From the IMG/VR virus record IMGVR_UViG_3300032315_000747, positions 17,900-81,899 of that record: a DNA stretch of 64,000 bases; one strand, 5' to 3'. The notes beneath the pieces were generated by a model. The model had not been told where the DNA came from. It made no database searches and saw only the letters and a program-made list of their open reading frames with translations. Below are positions 30,330 to 40,792 of the stretch, in pieces; position 1 is the first letter of the stretch; each line of letters starts with the position of its first letter. A program made the position numbers and the translations under genes. This DNA is from a virus.

Positions 30330-30680
30330 GTGGCTTATATGAATCAAGAGCGTAAGGCAATCATCGCTGCTAACTTGAAGCCTGTCCTCAAGAAGTACGG
30401 CGTGAAGGGAACTCTGTCAGTAGACCATCACACAAGCATCGTGCTGAGCCTCAAGTCGGGTAAGATTGATTTCGGTTCTGCCCGCGACCAAGTTAACCCC
30501 TATTGGTTCCATGAGCATTACGAAGGTGTCGCTAAGGAGTTTCTCACCGAAGCGTTTGCTGCACTCAAGAGCGCGGACTGGTATGATCGTAGCGATGCTA
30601 CGTATGATCACTACGACGTTGCTTACTACGTTGATGTCAACGTTGGTAAGTGGAACAAACCGTATGTGCTGGAGGCGTAA
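30330..30680 (+). CDS. Hypothetical phage protein
   Basis: AAGGA RBS; MAYMNQERK...VGKWNKPY. Confidence 0.75.
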   Translation: MAYMNQERKAIIAANLKPVLKKYGVKGTLSVDHHTSIVLSLKSGKIDFGSARDQVNPYWFHEHYEGVAKEFLTEAFAALKSADWYDRSDATYDHYDVAYYVDVNVGKWNKPYVLEA

Positions 30681-30993
30681 AATGCTTGACAAGCTTAAGA
30701 TTTGGGTCTATAGTAAAGATATGACGTTTTGGCTCACGGTTGATTTGATTTGCTGGGCTATAGCGGTCAGCGTAATTGCTTTTTTTGTATATTAAAGGAG
30801 ATATAACATGAGTAATCAAATGCGTACTTGGAAAGTTTGGATTCGTACTACGTCTGGTTCTCAGATTCTGGTTACATTTATGGCTGAGAACCATATGATT
30901 CGCGCACTCGATACTGCTCGGGCTTTGTACGGACCTGCACTGCTTTCAGAAACTGTAATCCCAGCTTAACACATTTATTTAAGGAGATATAGT

Positions 30994-31359
30994 ATGACAG
31001 AACAACTATTTACTGTAGTCGGCATCACTGTTCATGGTAATGACGCTAAGATTCGCTTCACTGATGACATGTGCCGCCGCGTAAAACAGTTTTCTAAGGG
31101 CAAGGCTTCCCGTATCGATTTCATTGATCTTCCCAATAAGATGACCAAAATCGAGGCTCTTAAATATATGCTTACATGCAAAGAGTTTTCGTCAGCCGAG
31201 GATCAGGCTACGATTAAAGATACACTTGAGGACAAGGAACGCGAAGCTCGTAAGAGCATGAAAACAGTCAGTGTGAAGAGCGCAGTTTCACTTGATGCAA
31301 TTAAGAACCGACCTCGAAAAGATGTTTCGGTTAGTGATATTTTAGAGGCAGTACAGTGA
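30994..31359 (+). CDS. Hypothetical protein
   Basis: AAGGAG RBS. Confidence 0.75.
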   Translation: MTEQLFTVVGITVHGNDAKIRFTDDMCRRVKQFSKGKASRIDFIDLPNKMTKIEALKYMLTCKEFSSAEDQATIKDTLEDKEREARKSMKTVSVKSAVSLDAIKNRPRKDVSVSDILEAVQ

Positions 31360-32650
31360 CCCCGGGGAACACCATGACAGAGACAGAGAAGCTGGAAGAC
31401 GTTCAACAGATCATCGGAGCCGTGTTCGATGCGGGCATGTGCTTCGGCGATCAGCAAGATAGGTCGCTATCTCGATCTCAGTATCTCGACGTGCGAAAGG
31501 CTGCCGTCGCGGCCGCCCTCACCGCATGGAACACCCTCCCGGCCCCGGCTCTGGATAGAGAGGGGGTGAAGGCGGCCCTACAATCCTCGCGCGGCTGGCC
31601 TGCTGATCTGCACCCCGGTCCTGCCGCCGACGCCATCCTCGCTATGGTCGGGGGCGGGGTTCCGGCTGAGCCGACCCAACCGGCCTATCGCTACCAAGAT
31701 GACAGCGCCGTCAATCCGTCGATGCTCAGCGTTTCCTCTACGGTGGAGGGGTAGATGGAAGATCAGAAGGCATCCCGGGACCACGCCCCGACGATCACCT
31801 CCGGCAAGGGAACCCTGACCCTTGCCGCACTCACCGCTGCGCTTCTCGTGAGCGGGTGCGGCCCAACCGATAGAGAAGTTGCCCAAGGCGCCTACGATTA
31901 CGGCGTCTACGTCGGGCGCGTGCTTGGTCTGTGCCAACACCTCCGCGAAATCTACGAGGCCAATCCCGACAGCGACTGGGCGCACGACAAAGAAACGGTC
32001 GCAACCATCGCGACATGCCGCAAAGCCGAAGCCCAGCACGGCCCCGGAACGCGCGAGACGATCCACGTTCCAGCGGCGTCAAGACTTCCCCTCGCCCGTG
32101 ATGGCGCGTCTTCGCGTCCACCAATGACCAACGATGCAGTTCCTGGGACGAACAAGGAAACCGACCAATGACCAAGACACTGGTTGAGCAGTTGCGCGAG
32201 GCGAAGCACCTGCACCTCGAAACGAAGATGCTTCTGGAAACCGCCGCCTCTCGCATAGAGGAACTAGAGAAGGCTATGGAGGGACTTGTGGACGATCTAG
32301 AACGCCGTCACCGTCAGGTTGCCGAAGTCTGTGACGAGATGCAGCAACAGGCGAACGATGGGTATTCGTATCACCGCTTGGTCGGCAAGCAGGCAGCTTA
32401 CCACCACGCCGCCGAACTTGCCTATCAAGCCCTCTCATACAAGGGGTAGATGAGTGTGAAAAAGCTGTCGCCCAAGATGCGAGAGGCGTTAGCCGTCGTC
32501 ACGAACGACTGGCAGAGCGCCTACGTTTTACGGCTTTCGCTGGTCACTCTTGAGGACCTGCGCTCTCGCGGGCTTGTTGAGAAATCGTTGTACTCTCCTC
32601 GCACTGCGACAAAGTGGCGCCGCATCGAAGCCACCAAGATGATGACTTAG
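31356..32650 (+). other. GC-rich insert of four small coupled ORFs (31356-31754, 31755-32171 lipoprotein-like, 32168-32449, 32450-32650)
   Basis: Abrupt shift to visibly >60% GC; ORFs joined by TAGATG/ATGA junctions; LLVSGC lipobox in the second ORF. Confidence 0.7.
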
Positions 32651-32680
32651 TTGAGAACTTCACTCAAAAAAGATCGCTAA

Positions 32681-32705
32681 TAGAAAAGCTTCTGAAGCTT
32701 TTCTA
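32681..32705. terminator. Hairpin terminator at the major strand switch
   Basis: TAGAAAAGCTT-CTG-AAGCTTTTCTA. Confidence 0.75.
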
Positions 32706-33404
32706 TTAATATCCGAATCTTGCTTTATATGTAGCGTACAGAGATTGTACAGTAGTCAAATCTAACACACCGTTGTACACTTTGACAAATCCTATATTAG
32801 CAGTTTGCACTTCGGTCCCGGATGAACGGCTCCAGATTCTTAATTGATTGAATCCGCCACCACCGCCATTGGTTGAAGAAAACGCCGCAGAGGTCGGTTG
32901 AGTACTTGTTGCAGTGTACAGTTGTCCTAGAGAGGTCGTTGTATTCCAAGTACCCCAACCAAAATGCCACACAAGATCAGCACCTGATCCGGGCAAATTA
33001 ACTGCGTAGTTTGGATAGAATGTGTCAGGGTTGCCATTGTAAAGACCCATGAGCCAATCTTTGCTAGCTTCACTCTGTGTGTTCAGCAATCGTCCAGTAG
33101 CAACGGCAGTTCTTTGGTAAGCCATAAATACACTATAACTTTGTCCAGTTACATAGTTAGGACCACCGTACATCGTGTCTGTGCCAGTAGCATTAGATTT
33201 AGTAAATATTCCACCGTTAGTTGCTGACCAACCAATGCTGCTTCCGGCATTAGCTACTGTGATAGGGAATGCACCTGCGCCGGCCACCGTAGAACCATTT
33301 ACAGGCACATCCGCATAGTTTGCTGCATCTAGATCATAGACTAATACCGGAGTAGTAGAAAGAGATTTCCAACTGCCGATTGAGGCTTGCATAATTCCAC
33401 TCAT
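32706..33404 (-). CDS. Tail-associated LamG/ConA-like protein
   Basis: LVYDLDAANY...IGFVKVYNGVL...YATYKARFGY; coupled to the tail fibre gene. Confidence 0.7.
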   Translation of the reverse strand: MSGIMQASIGSWKSLSTTPVLVYDLDAANYADVPVNGSTVAGAGAFPITVANAGSSIGWSATNGGIFTKSNATGTDTMYGGPNYVTGQSYSVFMAYQRTAVATGRLLNTQSEASKDWLMGLYNGNPDTFYPNYAVNLPGSGADLVWHFGWGTWNTTTSLGQLYTATSTQPTSAAFSSTNGGGGGFNQLRIWSRSSGTEVQTANIGFVKVYNGVLDLTTVQSLYATYKARFGY

Positions 33405-35737
33405 TACGAAACTCCTGTACCGTTAATCATCCAGGTATCAGTTGCAACCTTCAACAGCGTTGCCATACCATAGTTACTTACAACACGATTTGCTGCGGTT
33501 GAGTTACCTGCCATATACAATGTTACACCTGCTGCTGCATTGACCAAGACATTACCTGCAGACTGAACAACGACACTGATTGCAGAACCGGTAGAAAAGC
33601 CTACGCTTGCGTCAGAAGGAATAGTTAGTGTAAAGTTACCCGCTGACGTTGAGTAGTAGTGCTTTCCTGCATCAGTTAGTGCTAGTGTAGCATTAGCTGC
33701 TGCAACTTGTGGAATATTCAAGTAACCGATAGCAAAGCCGGCTGTATTACCTGTAATATTACCGGTAACATTCAATGTACCAGTGATGTTAGCACCAGTA
33801 CCAGTGACTGTCATAGTTGTATTACCAACTGCTGCTATAGTTACATTGCCATTTGCCGTTGCAATATTGACATTACTATTACCATTTGCTAACGCACCGA
33901 CAAAGGTCGTTGCAGTAATTGAGTTGTTTGATAAGTTAGCAGTGAGACCTGTACTTGTTACTTCTGACACATTGCCTGTTGCTGCGTTTGCGAATACGAG
34001 GAAGTTATTTCCGGTTCCAGCAGCTACAGTCATAAAATCAGCAACATTAGCATAATCAACATTCAAGTTTGCAACACGAGTAGTGCTTGTTACTGTTAAA
34101 GGCGCGGTACCAGTTGCGACATTTGAAGTTAGGGTACTTGCAATTACCGCAGTTGTTGCATTTAAGTTACCGACATTTGCATTGCCTGTTACAGCCAACG
34201 AAGTTAGTGTACCAACAGATGTGATATTAGGTTGAGCCGCAGTTGTTACTGTACCAGCAGTTGTAGCAGAACCGGCAGTAGCAACACTTAGATTTGCTAC
34301 CTGTGTAGTTGAAGTAACTACTAACGGAGCAGTACCAGTTGCAATATTTGAGATTAGTTGAGGTGCGGCGATATTAGCAGTGGCAAGTACTTGAGCAGTA
34401 CCTAAGTTACCGACATTCGCATTACCAGTAATATTAGCAGTACCAGTGATGTTAGCACCAGTACCAGTAACTGTCATAGTTGTATTGCCAACTGCTGCTA
34501 TAGTAACATTACCATTTGCTGTTGCAATATTGACATTACTATTACCATTTGCTAACGCACCGATAAATGTAGTTGCAGTAATTGAGTTGTTTGCTAAGTT
34601 AGAAGTAATACCTAAACTCGTCCACTCGACAATATTTCCTGTAGTTGCATTAGCAAATACGACATAACCAGTACCTGTTCCAGGTGCAGTAACATTAATA
34701 TTATCAGCAACATTAGCATAATCAACATTTAAGTTAGAAACACGGGTTGTAGAAGTTATTGCGAGAGGAGCAGTACCGGTTGCTACCGAAGATATAAGTT
34801 GACCTGTAGTAGTCAAGTTTCCTGCACTTGCATTTCCTGTAACAGCGAGTGAGGTCAATGTACCAACTGAAGTGATGTTTGGTTGAGCGTTAGTTGTTAC
34901 TGTACCAGCAGTAGTTGCGCTTGGAACAGTACCGGTAACATTAGCACCTGCTACAGCAAATGCAGTATTAGCAACATTAGCATTAGGTACGAAACCCGAT
35001 ACGTTAGCACCTGCAATTCCGGTCAACGCTTGTCCATTACCAATAATATTACCGACAGCAACATTGCCAGTTGTAGTAATCGTGTTACTACCAAACGCCG
35101 CCATCAATGAGACAACATTGCTATTGCCATATGAACTGTTGGCGTCATTTGTCCAACTTAATACACCATTTCCATTTGTAGTAAGAACCTGACCATTACT
35201 TCCGCCACTAATTCTTACGTTGCCTACAGCACCTAAGTTAGCAGTAGTAGAAACATTAAGTGTTGTCAGTGACGCTAACCCAGTAGAACTAATTCCATTA
35301 GCGTACACCGTACCAGTAACGTTAACGTTACCTGCGCCTACATTACCTGTATACGCTGGAAGATAATTTGCAACACTACTGTTACTGTAGACGTTTGTCA
35401 AGAATCCCCCGTCACCTGAATAGAAGTTTGCTACAACGATATTTCCACCATTAATGTTTCCTGCTGTAATATTTCCGATAACCGCAAGAGAAGTAAGCGT
35501 CCCCACGCTCGTGATATTAGGTTGCGCAGCATTAGCTACTGATAGTGCCAAATTAGATTGAGCAGCACGAACAAAGTACGAACCACCTGCTCCGCTCAGA
35601 ATCAAATTTCCCAAATCTTGTGCAGTTGCTTTCTGTGTCAACGGCGTTCCGGTCATGTTGACAACCGGAACAAGCGTAGTATACGCAATATTTGCGCCTA
35701 TAGCAGTAAGTGCTGTAATTTTAATGTTGTCGACCAT
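33404..35737 (-). CDS. Tail fibre protein
   Basis: G/N/T/A-rich; repeated AAQPNITSVGTLTSLAV units; C-terminal GYLNIPQ...DAGK...DTWMINGTG. Confidence 0.8.
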   Translation of the reverse strand: MVDNIKITALTAIGANIAYTTLVPVVNMTGTPLTQKATAQDLGNLILSGAGGSYFVRAAQSNLALSVANAAQPNITSVGTLTSLAVIGNITAGNINGGNIVVANFYSGDGGFLTNVYSNSSVANYLPAYTGNVGAGNVNVTGTVYANGISSTGLASLTTLNVSTTANLGAVGNVRISGGSNGQVLTTNGNGVLSWTNDANSSYGNSNVVSLMAAFGSNTITTTGNVAVGNIIGNGQALTGIAGANVSGFVPNANVANTAFAVAGANVTGTVPSATTAGTVTTNAQPNITSVGTLTSLAVTGNASAGNLTTTGQLISSVATGTAPLAITSTTRVSNLNVDYANVADNINVTAPGTGTGYVVFANATTGNIVEWTSLGITSNLANNSITATTFIGALANGNSNVNIATANGNVTIAAVGNTTMTVTGTGANITGTANITGNANVGNLGTAQVLATANIAAPQLISNIATGTAPLVVTSTTQVANLSVATAGSATTAGTVTTAAQPNITSVGTLTSLAVTGNANVGNLNATTAVIASTLTSNVATGTAPLTVTSTTRVANLNVDYANVADFMTVAAGTGNNFLVFANAATGNVSEVTSTGLTANLSNNSITATTFVGALANGNSNVNIATANGNVTIAAVGNTTMTVTGTGANITGTLNVTGNITGNTAGFAIGYLNIPQVAAANATLALTDAGKHYYSTSAGNFTLTIPSDASVGFSTGSAISVVVQSAGNVLVNAAAGVTLYMAGNSTAANRVVSNYGMATLLKVATDTWMINGTGVS
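33777..34602. repeat. Internal ~160-bp direct repeat in the tail fibre (33777-33939 / 34440-34602)
   Basis: Near-identical copies 663 bp apart, in frame. Confidence 0.85.
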
Positions 35738-35758
35738 GTTGTTTTCCTATTATTGTTG

Positions 35759-37174
35759 TTATGCGAACACTACACCGTTGTTGCCGATGCAATACCATTT
35801 GCTGTTGATGTATTGTAAAGTACATCCGTCCCCTATATCATCAAACGTCATCGTACCCGTGCCTGAACTCTTCCATCCTGCATTGGTAACCGTAATAACC
35901 ATATTGCCGCCGTCGGCCACTAGCATAAATGTTTTGATCAGGCCAGCCGTTCCAGCAGCAAGAGTAGCAGTTGATGGGGCCAATGTAGTAAAATAACTCG
36001 AAGTTACTGCCAAATTAGCCGCACCTCCTGTTAATAGATTTTCACTTCCTGCAGCCGAGATAGCCGTAGTTGATGCAACCGTAGTGAATACACCAGAAGC
36101 AGCACCAATGTTGCCAACGTTGGCATTGCCAGTTGCATTTAAAGTGCCAGCAATATTGGCGCCTGTTCCAGTTACAACAAAGATGTTAGCATTGCCTACC
36201 GCACTGATGTTAACGTTGCCATTTGCAGCGGGAATGCGGACACTTGAGTTGCCATTGGCAAAAATACCAAGTAAGTTACCAGCAGTTACATTGCCTGTAA
36301 CAGCCAATGACGTTAAGTTGCCCACTGATGTTATGTTGGGTTGTGCAGCAGTTGTTAACGTTCCAGCAAGATTACTTGCAGTGACTGTTCCTGCAAAAGT
36401 AGCACTAGATGGAAGATTGATAGCGATTGTTCCTGCTGAAACAACCGGGCTATTAGTAACGACTAATTGGCTGCTCGAAACCCCAACGCTAGTAACTGTA
36501 CCGCCGACAGAAGTAGTAGAAATGGTTACATTGCCATTACCACTCGAAAGAGCGATACCAGCGCCCGCATTGATTCTGAGTACCCCTGTGTTCGTAACAG
36601 TTATGTTTCCGTTGGACGTGATTGGGCCGCCGTTGATTTGAATACCAGAGCCGGGCGTAAGTCCTATGCTAGTTACGGTGCCCGACACCGATCCGCCTGT
36701 AGCAGACGTGACTCTTCCATAAGCATCAACGGTCATTGTTGGATTTGCATATGTGCCCGGCAAGACTCCGCTCGCAGCTAAATCAATATTAATAACGCCG
36801 GACGAGACTACAGGAGATCCGGAAACAGTCAGTCTTGCAGAAGGAACCAATGCTACGCTCGTAACAGTCCCTCCGCCATTGCCGTTGCCCGCAGTTGATG
36901 AAATAGTTACATTACCGTTTGCATTGCTGACTACAATGTTAGTGCCGGCAATGATATTAGTTACACCGGTGTTAGTGAATGCGACTGTGCCGGCACCAAC
37001 GTTAGATACGATATCTATCCCAGGACCCGGGGTAAAGGTGTTGTATGGACTCGCACACGCAAACAGTGTGTCAAAGTTGTATTGAGTTTTGTTGAAAGCA
37101 GTATATAGGGAGTCGCTTCCTGTAGATTCGTTGGGCAAGCCAACATTGATTGTCTGTTTACCTGATATACTCAT
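35759..37174 (-). CDS. Tail fibre/baseplate protein with T4 gp9/gp10-like N-terminus
   Basis: KQTINVG..NESTGSDSLYTAFNK..YNF; TVDAYGRVTSA; GTVTSV repeats; late promoter upstream. Confidence 0.75.
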   Translation of the reverse strand: MSISGKQTINVGLPNESTGSDSLYTAFNKTQYNFDTLFACASPYNTFTPGPGIDIVSNVGAGTVAFTNTGVTNIIAGTNIVVSNANGNVTISSTAGNGNGGGTVTSVALVPSARLTVSGSPVVSSGVINIDLAASGVLPGTYANPTMTVDAYGRVTSATGGSVSGTVTSIGLTPGSGIQINGGPITSNGNITVTNTGVLRINAGAGIALSSGNGNVTISTTSVGGTVTSVGVSSSQLVVTNSPVVSAGTIAINLPSSATFAGTVTASNLAGTLTTAAQPNITSVGNLTSLAVTGNVTAGNLLGIFANGNSSVRIPAANGNVNISAVGNANIFVVTGTGANIAGTLNATGNANVGNIGAASGVFTTVASTTAISAAGSENLLTGGAANLAVTSSYFTTLAPSTATLAAGTAGLIKTFMLVADGGNMVITVTNAGWKSSGTGTMTFDDIGDGCTLQYINSKWYCIGNNGVVFA

Positions 37175-37197
37175 TGCATGTCCTCATGTTGTATTTA

Positions 37198-37521
37198 TCA
37201 ACAAGGACTAAAAGAAGTACCGCATCCACAACAGCTTTTGGCTTGAGGGTTAGTAATAGCAAATCTTGCTCCCTCTAAGTCATCTTTGAAATCCACGATT
37301 GATCCATCAAGCATCTCAAACGATGCTGAATCGACAATCAGTTTGATAGGTCCGGCCGTGACCTCGATGTCACTATCATCTTGTTCAGTTCCGATGACGA
37401 ACCCGTATGAGAATCCCGAACATCCTCCGCCTTGGACAAACATTCTAAAACTAACATTAGGCCCTTCATTGGACAGAACATCTACGATCTTTGCTTGGGC
37501 GGGGTCAGTGACTGTTATCAT
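37198..37521 (-). CDS. A-type Fe-S carrier (ErpA/IscA/HesB)
   Basis: GGGCSGFSY, NPQAKSCCGCGTSF. Confidence 0.92.
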   Translation of the reverse strand: MITVTDPAQAKIVDVLSNEGPNVSFRMFVQGGGCSGFSYGFVIGTEQDDSDIEVTAGPIKLIVDSASFEMLDGSIVDFKDDLEGARFAITNPQAKSCCGCGTSFSPC

Positions 37522-37525
37522 AATT

Positions 37526-37996
37526 TTATTTATCGACCTCTGGTTCCCATACCATATTTCCTGAATTATCCTTAGAGGTGAATCCTTGCTTTTTGTAAAA
37601 CTTAATGAGTTTTGATTGTGGCACTACTCCTTTGTCGAACGCATACCCAACGAACTTGATCCCAGATGGTCGTGCTAAGTCTTGCAGTATCTTCATGGCT
37701 TTATCACCGTAACCACTTCTCAATGGGGTCGCTTGAAACCATTTTATTTGTACTGCGTTCTGTTGTTTCGGAACAAGCTCAAACTGCACATATGCTGCGA
37801 TATCTTTAGTTTCTTCTTTGCCTAATGGAATGATGTTACCTTCGTGATTCCAAAAGATATAGGAGTTATTACCTTCGTTATAGAATCTGGACTTTACGTC
37901 CGCGACCCACTCTTTGGTTTTCTCAGACGCACCAAAACCTCTGAGTTTTAGTATCTTTGGTTCTTCGTCTTCTATTAGTAGTTCTTCGATTTTCAT
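37526..37996 (-). CDS. GNAT-like protein with capsid-targeting-like N-terminus
   Basis: RSGYGDKAM...LIKFYKKQGF; starts MKIEELLIE. Confidence 0.65.
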   Translation of the reverse strand: MKIEELLIEDEEPKILKLRGFGASEKTKEWVADVKSRFYNEGNNSYIFWNHEGNIIPLGKEETKDIAAYVQFELVPKQQNAVQIKWFQATPLRSGYGDKAMKILQDLARPSGIKFVGYAFDKGVVPQSKLIKFYKKQGFTSKDNSGNMVWEPEVDK

Positions 37997-39057
37997 CGGT
38001 TGCCCCTCTGATAAAGGTGTCGCACTGCTTCAGTAAATCCAAGATCGATAATAACTGGTCTACCCTGATATTCTCCCCAGTTGGCTGGTTGACGTAAATC
38101 TGCGAATACTACTTCAGAGTTGTGTAGTAGATTAACAGTATCGTCTACGTATTCGGCAAATAGTTCTACCTCTTGCTCAGATTTACCTTTGGCGAGTAAT
38201 CGTTGTTTAGTCTTTTCCAGATTGCTCGGTTCAATTTTCACCTCAGTTGGCCCATTTTGACCCCAGATAGCCCGGGATTTTGGTTTAGGGTTAATTATGC
38301 TGTCAACGCAATCAAGGAATTCCCAGAAGTCAGTACAGTGTAATAGTTCTGCTAATCGTTTAGCATTTACCTTCTTAGCAAGTTCCGTTTGAATCCAAAT
38401 CGGAGACGGATTCTTTTGATCATAGTCAATGAGCGGGATAACGATGTCTAGCCTACCAAGGTAACCATCGTCTAGCACATCAACTTCAGCAATATTCTGC
38501 GCTACACCTTTGCGATTCTTTGCCACCTTTAAGACTGTAGGACGCCCCTCAAGCTCTATCATGAACGCGACTCTTGATGACCCAGTGCCAAGCTTCTTAG
38601 CTCGCTCTAGCGCGTACTGTAAGCGATTCTTGAAGGTCTGATCAGCGCCCAATGCACCTTCTTCCCAATCAGCAGGAAGAGCCATCTCGTCTAATTTAGG
38701 TTCACGGTACATCTTTCCAGCACCTAGTGCGTAATCAATGTTTCTACCTTTGCTTTCTTTGAAACCAAATTGTTTATAGAATCTAACGAGTCTACCTCTA
38801 GAAGTAGTACCCTGTATCTTGTCTTGTAAGCCGGGAGTCAATATGATGCGTTTACCATGCTCATCGGCATAATCAGTCAGCATCCTCATAGCTTTACTGC
38901 CCAGACCCTGACCTTGCTTATCTTTGCCAACAATCAATGAATCTAGCACAAGGCCATCATCTCTCTCGAATACAACAAAAGACTTCAATCCTAATTGAGA
39001 TTGAATCCGATCACCGAACGAAGTAACTGATTCGGGTAAGAACTCTCTAGCTCTCAT
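37993..39057 (-). CDS. GNAT plus protein-kinase-like fusion with capsid-targeting-like N-terminus
   Basis: QGQGLGSKAM...LVRFYKQFGF; LGTGSSRVAF, VLKVAK, DLRQPANWG, IIDLGF; starts MRAREFLPE. Confidence 0.75.
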   Translation of the reverse strand: MRAREFLPESVTSFGDRIQSQLGLKSFVVFERDDGLVLDSLIVGKDKQGQGLGSKAMRMLTDYADEHGKRIILTPGLQDKIQGTTSRGRLVRFYKQFGFKESKGRNIDYALGAGKMYREPKLDEMALPADWEEGALGADQTFKNRLQYALERAKKLGTGSSRVAFMIELEGRPTVLKVAKNRKGVAQNIAEVDVLDDGYLGRLDIVIPLIDYDQKNPSPIWIQTELAKKVNAKRLAELLHCTDFWEFLDCVDSIINPKPKSRAIWGQNGPTEVKIEPSNLEKTKQRLLAKGKSEQEVELFAEYVDDTVNLLHNSEVVFADLRQPANWGEYQGRPVIIDLGFTEAVRHLYQRGNR

Positions 39058-39236
39058 TTCTTGCGCCCTCTAAATCCAACTGGCATTTGCATATCGTTCA
39101 CGGGAAACATTTGCTTGAACCAATCGTCAGTGCCTGGCTTAGCGGTAATTCCACTGCGATTGATAGGCTCTGCATGAGTAGGTTTGCCCCTACCGTCAAC
39201 TATACCTGCAAGTCTTCTTAGATCATCCGTATCCAT
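39054..39236 (-). CDS. Small hypothetical protein
   Basis: Coupled within the late operon; LRRLAGI motif. Confidence 0.6.
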   Translation of the reverse strand: MDTDDLRRLAGIVDGRGKPTHAEPINRSGITAKPGTDDWFKQMFPVNDMQMPVGFRGRKK

Positions 39237-39797
39237 TTAAGTTGACCAATATTTTCCTAAGCGAGTAGAAATCACATTCCAATTAATGATCTTCCAAAGG
39301 TTGCGCAGATAAGCCTTTTTATCGGAACCGTAATCCAATATGAATGCATGTTCCCACCAGTCTACTAATAATAGAATGTCGCTTTTAACTTCATGATTTT
39401 TGATTGTTTTTATGTTGCCATCGTGAGCGAGATATACCCAGCCTGATCCTTGAATCTTCATCGCTATTTCTTCAAACTTATCTTTGAAGCTATCATAGCT
39501 TCCGTAGTTTTTTTCAATAAATCCCTTAATAGGACCGTTGGGTTTATTGTTAAGAGCGACTTGTCTAAATTGTGTAAACCAAAGATTATGTAGGAAAACC
39601 CCTGCGTAGTTAAACTCAGGGTTCCCTTGCTTTTCGTTATACCGTTTAGCGTAACCTTTTGCCAGTTTGGTATAGTGTAGGTCGAGGGTATCACCGCTCA
39701 TCACAGACGACACCTCACGCTCAGTGAAGTTTAGTGGGATGATTTCTAAATCCGTAGATTTAGCCTTGCCCTCAAGTAACTTGATAAACTCTAACAT
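39237..39797 (-). CDS. Fe/Mn superoxide dismutase
   Basis: LHY, FLHNLWF, QGSGWVYL, DWWEHAF..DY, INWNVI. Confidence 0.9.
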   Translation of the reverse strand: MLEFIKLLEGKAKSTDLEIIPLNFTEREVSSVMSGDTLDLHYTKLAKGYAKRYNEKQGNPEFNYAGVFLHNLWFTQFRQVALNNKPNGPIKGFIEKNYGSYDSFKDKFEEIAMKIQGSGWVYLAHDGNIKTIKNHEVKSDILLLVDWWEHAFILDYGSDKKAYLRNLWKIINWNVISTRLGKYWST

Positions 39798-39811
39798 GAG
39801 AGTATTTATCG

Positions 39812-40030
39812 TTACTTGCGCCTGACAATCCGCCCTTTAGAAAGATCATACGGACTCATTTCTATGTCGACCTGATCTCCCATGAGAATGCGTATCTCGT
39901 GTTGTCTCATCTTGCCTGAAGCATAGCTCAGTATAGTCAGGTCTGTGTCGGATAATTTTACTTTGAAGGTAGCATTCGGCAATACATCAATAACCTGACC
40001 TTCTGCCTTAATTATATCGTTCTTACTCAT
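39812..40030 (-). CDS. infA: Translation initiation factor IF-1
   Basis: [39 protein letters not shown]. Confidence 0.95.
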   Translation of the reverse strand: MSKNDIIKAEGQVIDVLPNATFKVKLSDTDLTILSYASGKMRQHEIRILMGDQVDIEMSPYDLSKGRIVRRK

Positions 40031-40053
40031 AGTGTTAGATTTACTTTTGTCCT

Positions 40054-40512
40054 TTACTTTTTCAATGTTGACCAAATTCGTTCTTTTTCGAGAATATTCT
40101 TTTCTAATTCTCTATAGCGATCGGCTAGTTCTTTTAGTTCTTCCCACCTGTCTTCTAGTTCAACATTTGGATGTAGGATTGCCAAACGCTGCTCGATAGT
40201 ATCTAGGAGTTTTCCGATATTCTTTCCGCCAACGGTAAGTTCGCCGGTTACCACTACATTGCCGTTCGGCCCACTGCTGATGACAGGAGTTCCAAGACTA
40301 GTTGAAATAGTATAAGGTGCTGGTGCAGCACTAATAGTGTTATTAACAAATAATCCTGATTGATTAAGAGTACCTACATAATTTCCTCCTGTTAAGATCG
40401 AACTTCTAATCGCGCAGTCGACCGCAGAAATCTGTGGTAAGGAAGGATCAACATCGGTTATTTCGATTGTGTCTCTGATACCAGGAGCAACACAGATGTC
40501 GTCTTCGTTCAT
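40054..40512 (-). CDS. Hypothetical protein
   Basis: [19 protein letters not shown]-terminus. Confidence 0.7.
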   Translation of the reverse strand: MNEDDICVAPGIRDTIEITDVDPSLPQISAVDCAIRSSILTGGNYVGTLNQSGLFVNNTISAAPAPYTISTSLGTPVISSGPNGNVVVTGELTVGGKNIGKLLDTIEQRLAILHPNVELEDRWEELKELADRYRELEKNILEKERIWSTLKK

Positions 40513-40694
40513 TTGTTCGTTTTCCTTAAAAAAAGTTGGTTGTTCTCGTCAACCCCGATATCTACATTATCACCTTCTTTCCATCCCAATTGTTCTAGGA
40601 CAGTAATAGGAATAGGTATGATCATATCACCCGATTCATCTTCTTGGGTAATAACTTCATACCGTGTATTGTCTCGTCCGGGTGTATTTGACAT
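40509..40694 (-). CDS. AbrB/MazE-like small protein
   Basis: IIPIP..VLEQLGWKEGD motif. Confidence 0.7.
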   Translation of the reverse strand: MSNTPGRDNTRYEVITQEDESGDMIIPIPITVLEQLGWKEGDNVDIGVDENNQLFLRKTNK

Positions 40695-40792
40695 TATGTG
40701 GCGCGGACCGAATGGCGCATTAGTTCGTTGGTCCCGTAGATTTCTACAGTAGTCATATCAATATTTATTGAAGGTTAGAGTGCAGTACATTT

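Noticed and set aside
36084-37085. Plus-strand ORFs within the tail fibre genes
   Set aside because: Antisense shadows of low-complexity Gly/Asn/Thr coding sequence.
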